Positions 48,289 to 51,545 of a stretch of 51,545 bases of DNA are shown in pieces (position 1 is the stretch's first letter; every line of letters begins with the position of its first letter). Made by a program: the position numbers and the translations under genes. The DNA is taken from the sequence record MZ333132.1; one strand, given 5' to 3'. This DNA is from Erwinia phage Snitter. A model generated the notes under the pieces. The model did not search any database and had not been told where the DNA came from. It saw nothing but the letters and a program-made list of their open reading frames with translations.

Positions 48289-48603
48289 TCATTCATGCTT
48301 CCACTGGTAGTGATACTTGACGGTCACGATAGAGGCCAGCTTTCCCGTAGCCATCTCGGCCAGGTGGCTAATCACCAGGCAACCAATCAGCGCCAGCGCC
48401 CCTGCTGAAGACACGATGAAAATTGAGTTATCGACATCCATCCCGATCATCTTGACCATGATATAAATCGAGATCTGAACAAGCGGACTGAACAGGAACC
48501 AGGTACAAAGTCCCGCGATAATCCAGCACAGATAATGATGCTGCTGAACCAGAACCCAATGCGTTGCTTTCTTAATCGATTTCATACTTACCCCTTTAGG
48601 CAT
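48289..48603 (-). CDS. Membrane protein
   Basis: Several hydrophobic segments (YLCWIIAGLCTWFLFSPLV; IFIVSSAGALALIGCLVI). Confidence 0.55.
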   Translation of the reverse strand: MPKGVSMKSIKKATHWVLVQQHHYLCWIIAGLCTWFLFSPLVQISIYIMVKMIGMDVDNSIFIVSSAGALALIGCLVISHLAEMATGKLASIVTVKYHYQWKHE

Positions 48604-48794
48604 TTGATGTAACGTGCGAGTTGATTCCAGATCTTAACCTGGATGTTGTAAAGGCGACATGCCTCGTTGTATTCGGCGAAAGTGGCATTCTTGAAGCGTT
48701 CCGGCCCCAGGTGCTTATCGCCGATCTCAGTCATGATAGCGCCGTGCTTCTTCTGAGCCTTTACCATGCGGTTGATGATTTTGCGGTAGCTCAT
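48588..48794 (-). CDS. Hypothetical protein
   Basis: 68 aa, overlaps next. Confidence 0.5.
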   Translation of the reverse strand: MSYRKIINRMVKAQKKHGAIMTEIGDKHLGPERFKNATFAEYNEACRLYNIQVKIWNQLARYIKCLKG

Positions 48795-49189
48795 GGCTGC
48801 TCTGCCGCGCGTAGTTGTTTATCCAGCAACGCAACCTCATGGGCGCAAAGTGAATATGCATTAGCGATCTTGCCGCTCGCATTCATTGCCCTGTCGAGGA
48901 ATGAGCCAGCAAGATTGGGTAAAGCCTCAATGTATGGCGCAACCGCCTTAGCGCCAATCTCGCGGATAACTGCTTCAGCACGTTCCGTGCTAATGCCGCT
49001 AAACTGTATGCCGGATTCCGGGCCCAGCTCTTCGCTCACAAATCGCCGACACTCTGAAACCTCAGCAGTCAGCTTCTGCACCTGCTCTTGCAGCGCGGCA
49101 ACGATAGAATGTTGGTCTTCATATTTAACCACTTCGCCCTCACCTTCCTCTACAATGCCTAAATAGTCGTAACGCTTAATATCTGTCAT
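48791..49189 (-). CDS. Hypothetical protein
   Basis: Start at MTDIKRYDYLG within ORF 48791..49243. Confidence 0.5.
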   Translation of the reverse strand: MTDIKRYDYLGIVEEGEGEVVKYEDQHSIVAALQEQVQKLTAEVSECRRFVSEELGPESGIQFSGISTERAEAVIREIGAKAVAPYIEALPNLAGSFLDRAMNASGKIANAYSLCAHEVALLDKQLRAAEQP

Positions 49190-49203
49190 TTTGCCTTCCC
49201 CTG

Positions 49204-49425
49204 TTAACCTTTGCTCTCGATGTCCACCGTGCCAGCCTGCCACTTCATTGCCTGGTACACCGCATTATCGCAATCGAACACGCGGCTCTTTGGATCGTCC
49301 TTGCGAACGACTGTCGGGCCTTTGTTGTCCATTGCCTGGAAAATCCAGTGATTCTCGCCCTCGCCAACCAGCTTACCGCCGATTAGCAGGCCGTTTTTCT
49401 TTGCGTGGATAGCCATACTATTCAC
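49204..49425 (-). CDS. Hypothetical protein
   Basis: 73 aa. Confidence 0.5.
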   Translation of the reverse strand: MNSMAIHAKKNGLLIGGKLVGEGENHWIFQAMDNKGPTVVRKDDPKSRVFDCDNAVYQAMKWQAGTVDIESKG

Positions 49426-49471
49426 CTTCTTTCAGAATTTAAGCGCCATCTGTTGACGGCACTTTGATTGT

Positions 49472-49867
49472 TTATAGTGCTTCGTAAATTTCAGCGAACT
49501 TGTTTGCCAGTTCCTGACGACGGCTGAAAGTCTCATTAATTATGAATTCAGTCCTGCCGTATTCTTTAGCAATCTTATTCCATTCTTTGATTGATGTTTC
49601 CATAATGTCAAGGCGATTGAAGTCTGTGTTTTTATGACTGAACTCTTCGATTCTTGCCAGTAAACTGCGCTCCATGATTTCTTCAGGTGAGAATTTAGGC
49701 TCCCATCCGCAAGCCTCCAAAACGCTGTTTGTGCGTAGTGCGGTAGAGCCACCATTGCGAAGGTCTACAACCAGATATTTAAAAGTCTCACCCTGGAAGC
49801 CAAACATGTTGCCATCAACGGCACGCCAGACTTTGTGGAAAGGTGATTCTTTTATTAATTTAGCCAT
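49472..49867 (-). CDS. Hypothetical protein
   Basis: 131 aa downstream of regulatory element. Confidence 0.55.
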   Translation of the reverse strand: MAKLIKESPFHKVWRAVDGNMFGFQGETFKYLVVDLRNGGSTALRTNSVLEACGWEPKFSPEEIMERSLLARIEEFSHKNTDFNRLDIMETSIKEWNKIAKEYGRTEFIINETFSRRQELANKFAEIYEAL

Positions 49868-49915
49868 CTTCTCAATTCCTTCAATTGTTTTGCAGCCCCT
49901 GCCGCCTTGAGATAC

Positions 49916-49958
49916 ATAATACCGGGATTGCTCCCGGCATTCTTAGCAATTCGTGCTA
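49916..49958 (-). promoter_or_regulatory. Dyad + 22 bp + TATTAT element, with GC stem
   Basis: Minus strand TAGCACGAATTGCTA-N22-TATTAT; stem GCCGGG..CCCGG; dyad overlaps TAG stop. Confidence 0.85.
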
Positions 49959-50150
49959 TTTGGTCTGCTCGATTAGAACGTTAGCCAATGCAACCGCCTG
50001 CTCTTTATTCAGCAACAGGCAACCAGTAGCGCTGTAAACCGAAATCTCAACCAGTTCGCTACCGTAGAACTCGACATCAAAATCATCACCGTCCTTGTCT
50101 GCCCCACTGAAGACTAAGTTTCCCTGCCCGTTTTTGGTGATATTAAACAT
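49956..50150 (-). CDS. Hypothetical protein
   Basis: 64 aa. Confidence 0.5.
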   Translation of the reverse strand: MFNITKNGQGNLVFSGADKDGDDFDVEFYGSELVEISVYSATGCLLLNKEQAVALANVLIEQTK

Positions 50151-50166
50151 TTGCCTTACCTCGTTG

Positions 50167-50433
50167 TTAGTCGATTTGACCAGCGATGAATGCGATCATC
50201 ATGCGTAGCGCTTTCTCGTCCTTGTAGTGAGCCGGGATTTCGCTTACCACGTCCTGAGATGCGGTAACGCGGCCCTTGTACTGGAAAGAGCCAGTAGCGC
50301 TGGCGAACAGCATGATTGCTGGCTCACAGTCGTTATCGCATGACCAGATCCAGACTTCCGCGCCATTGTCTTGAACAGTGACTTCTACGTTGCGTTTCTT
50401 GGCGAAGTTGATGGTTGTCAGAGAGATGGTCAT
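50167..50433 (-). CDS. Hypothetical protein
   Basis: 88 aa downstream of regulatory element. Confidence 0.5.
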   Translation of the reverse strand: MTISLTTINFAKKRNVEVTVQDNGAEVWIWSCDNDCEPAIMLFASATGSFQYKGRVTASQDVVSEIPAHYKDEKALRMMIAFIAGQID

Positions 50434-50484
50434 ATCGGCTAGCCCCTTTGGATTGGTTCGCGTTATTGCGTTCCCATGAGCTAC

Positions 50485-50527
50485 ATAATACCCGGATCGC
50501 TCCGGGCATGTTGTGCAAAAAGTGCTA
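50485..50527 (-). promoter_or_regulatory. Dyad + 22 bp + TATTAT element, with GC stem
   Basis: Minus strand TAGCACTTTTTGCAC-N22-TATTAT; stem GCCCGG..CCGGG; dyad overlaps TAG stop of the 29-aa ORF. Confidence 0.8.
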
Positions 50528-50614
50528 TCCGAGAAGATAAGCAGCCGCCAGGGATATGGCTACCAGCATGATGGATGATGATAGAGCGAGTAAAAGTGCT
50601 GCGGTCATTCTCAT
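50525..50614 (-). CDS. 29-aa membrane microprotein, not in supplied ORF track
   Basis: MRMTAALLLALSSSIMLVAISLAAAYLLG; AGGGG SD 7 nt upstream. Confidence 0.55.
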   Translation of the reverse strand: MRMTAALLLALSSSIMLVAISLAAAYLLG

Positions 50615-51093
50615 TTCTTTTCCCCTGCCAGGAATTCGCTGAAGAAGTCCCGGTACTGGTTGATGATGTTGATAGCGGCGTCAACGTTACCTTCAGGCAA
50701 GTTGGTGATATCGGGATTGAACTTCATGATGCCTTTAATCTTACTCCGGGCAATGTCAATCGCTGTTGCATTGTCCCGGTCAATGCGTCTGGCTCCCTTC
50801 TGCATCTTGCCAGCGTTCATGGACACGATCAGCATCTTCATGCCATCGTCAAGCTTAAAGCTCGCGCTGATGGTTCCACGCTCCCGCACTTCCGGGACGC
50901 GATTCATGATGGTGCGGATGTAGCTGAGGGTGAATTTGTGCTTATCAGCCTCGAAGGCATCCAGCGTATCCACCAGATACCAGGGGAGTACGGCCTCATC
51001 TCGCTCGCCCAAAGCGACGGACTGAGCCATCATCCTGAACGCCTGGCGGAGTGTCTCGGGGCTTTCGTATGGATTGAATTGTGGTTCTGACAT
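50611..51093 (-). CDS. Hypothetical protein (160 aa)
   Basis: 4-nt overlap with the 29-aa ORF; good SD. Confidence 0.55.
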   Translation of the reverse strand: MSEPQFNPYESPETLRQAFRMMAQSVALGERDEAVLPWYLVDTLDAFEADKHKFTLSYIRTIMNRVPEVRERGTISASFKLDDGMKMLIVSMNAGKMQKGARRIDRDNATAIDIARSKIKGIMKFNPDITNLPEGNVDAAINIINQYRDFFSEFLAGEKK

Positions 51094-51240
51094 CGGGATT
51101 CCTCGTTGATTGGATTGGGTATTTCCAGATTACCTGGTCATTATACATGAGTCGAGACTGTTATTATTGTTATTTCTGTCTTTAAGTCAACACTCGAACA
51201 AAAACAGGCACCTCAGCCCGCATTCTGCCTCGGTCGTGTC

Positions 51241-51515
51241 CTGGTGTTATTGTGTTATAGAATTTGCGCGGGGGTCGATACCTACGCCATATCCCCCTCT
51301 ATATCCATATACACGCATCATAGTAGAAAACTATAGATACTCCCATACATGCTATAACACTATAACAGTTTATAACATACATATATTATTATAATACTAA
51401 CCTATTGATATATATAGTATATATATAATGTAAGGGAGTGTTATAGGCGTTTTCGAACAACCTTTTTGTTCGAGAATCTGCGCGGACGGAAATCTATAAC
51501 AGCCGACAACAGGAA
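51241..51515. repeat. AT-rich non-coding module B, diverged copy of 18975..19300
   Basis: GGTGTTATTGTGTTATAG, GCTATAACACTATAACAGTTTATAACATAC, TTGATATATATAGTATATATATAATG, GTGTTATAGGCGTTTTC, TCTATAACAGCCGACAACAGG. Confidence 0.7.
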
Positions 51516-51545
51516 TAACACTTTGGCGAGATTCCAGTTTGACAC

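Noticed and set aside
51110-51394. Plus-strand 94-aa ORF at the right end.
   Set aside because: Low-complexity translation of the AT-rich repeat module, no convincing ribosome site.
1-51545. CRISPR array or cas-like system.
   Set aside because: No evenly spaced identical repeats; the dispersed 43-bp elements are single intergenic copies, not an array.

Overview
The window reads as an essentially complete, tightly packed genome of a tailed, lambda-like long-tailed (siphovirus-type) phage of a Gram-negative, probably enterobacterial, host. The gene set looks like the 9NA/SO-1 group, but that is recollection and not a database result. The minus strand carries a full structural block (small and large terminase, DUF1073 portal, Mu-F-like protein, DUF2213 protease/scaffold, decoration-like protein, DUF2184 capsid, DUF4054 connector, tail genes, tape measure, M/L/K/I/J tail-tip proteins). 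It also carries a lysis cassette (P21-like holin, SAR endolysin, apparent unimolecular spanin) and a replication/recombination set (SSB, ERF, exonuclease-VIII-like, SF2 helicase, DUF3987 protein, primase-type zinc protein). There is one tRNA-Asn, two DNA methyltransferase-like genes, and many small orphan ORFs. I found no integrase, RNA polymerase or DNA polymerase. The main non-textbook signals are: (1) at least 16 copies of a stereotyped intergenic element, dyad TAGCAC-N3-TTGCTA + 21-23 bp (usually exactly 22, often containing a GCCCGG/CCGGG stem) + TATTAT/TATAGT, which looks like a phage-wide activator-dependent promoter regulon, with the same dyad sitting on core promoters of capsid and tailspike-type genes; (2) a tailspike ending in a glycerophosphodiester phosphodiesterase (GDPD) domain; (3) a 110-aa Arr-like ADP-ribosyltransferase candidate as the first gene; (4) an exact A_AAA_AAC slippery site joining two tail-chaperone ORFs; (5) two diverged copies of an AT-rich, non-coding, GTTATAG-rich module 32 kb apart; (6) very small unlisted membrane ORFs. 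All family names come from reading motifs; none were searched.
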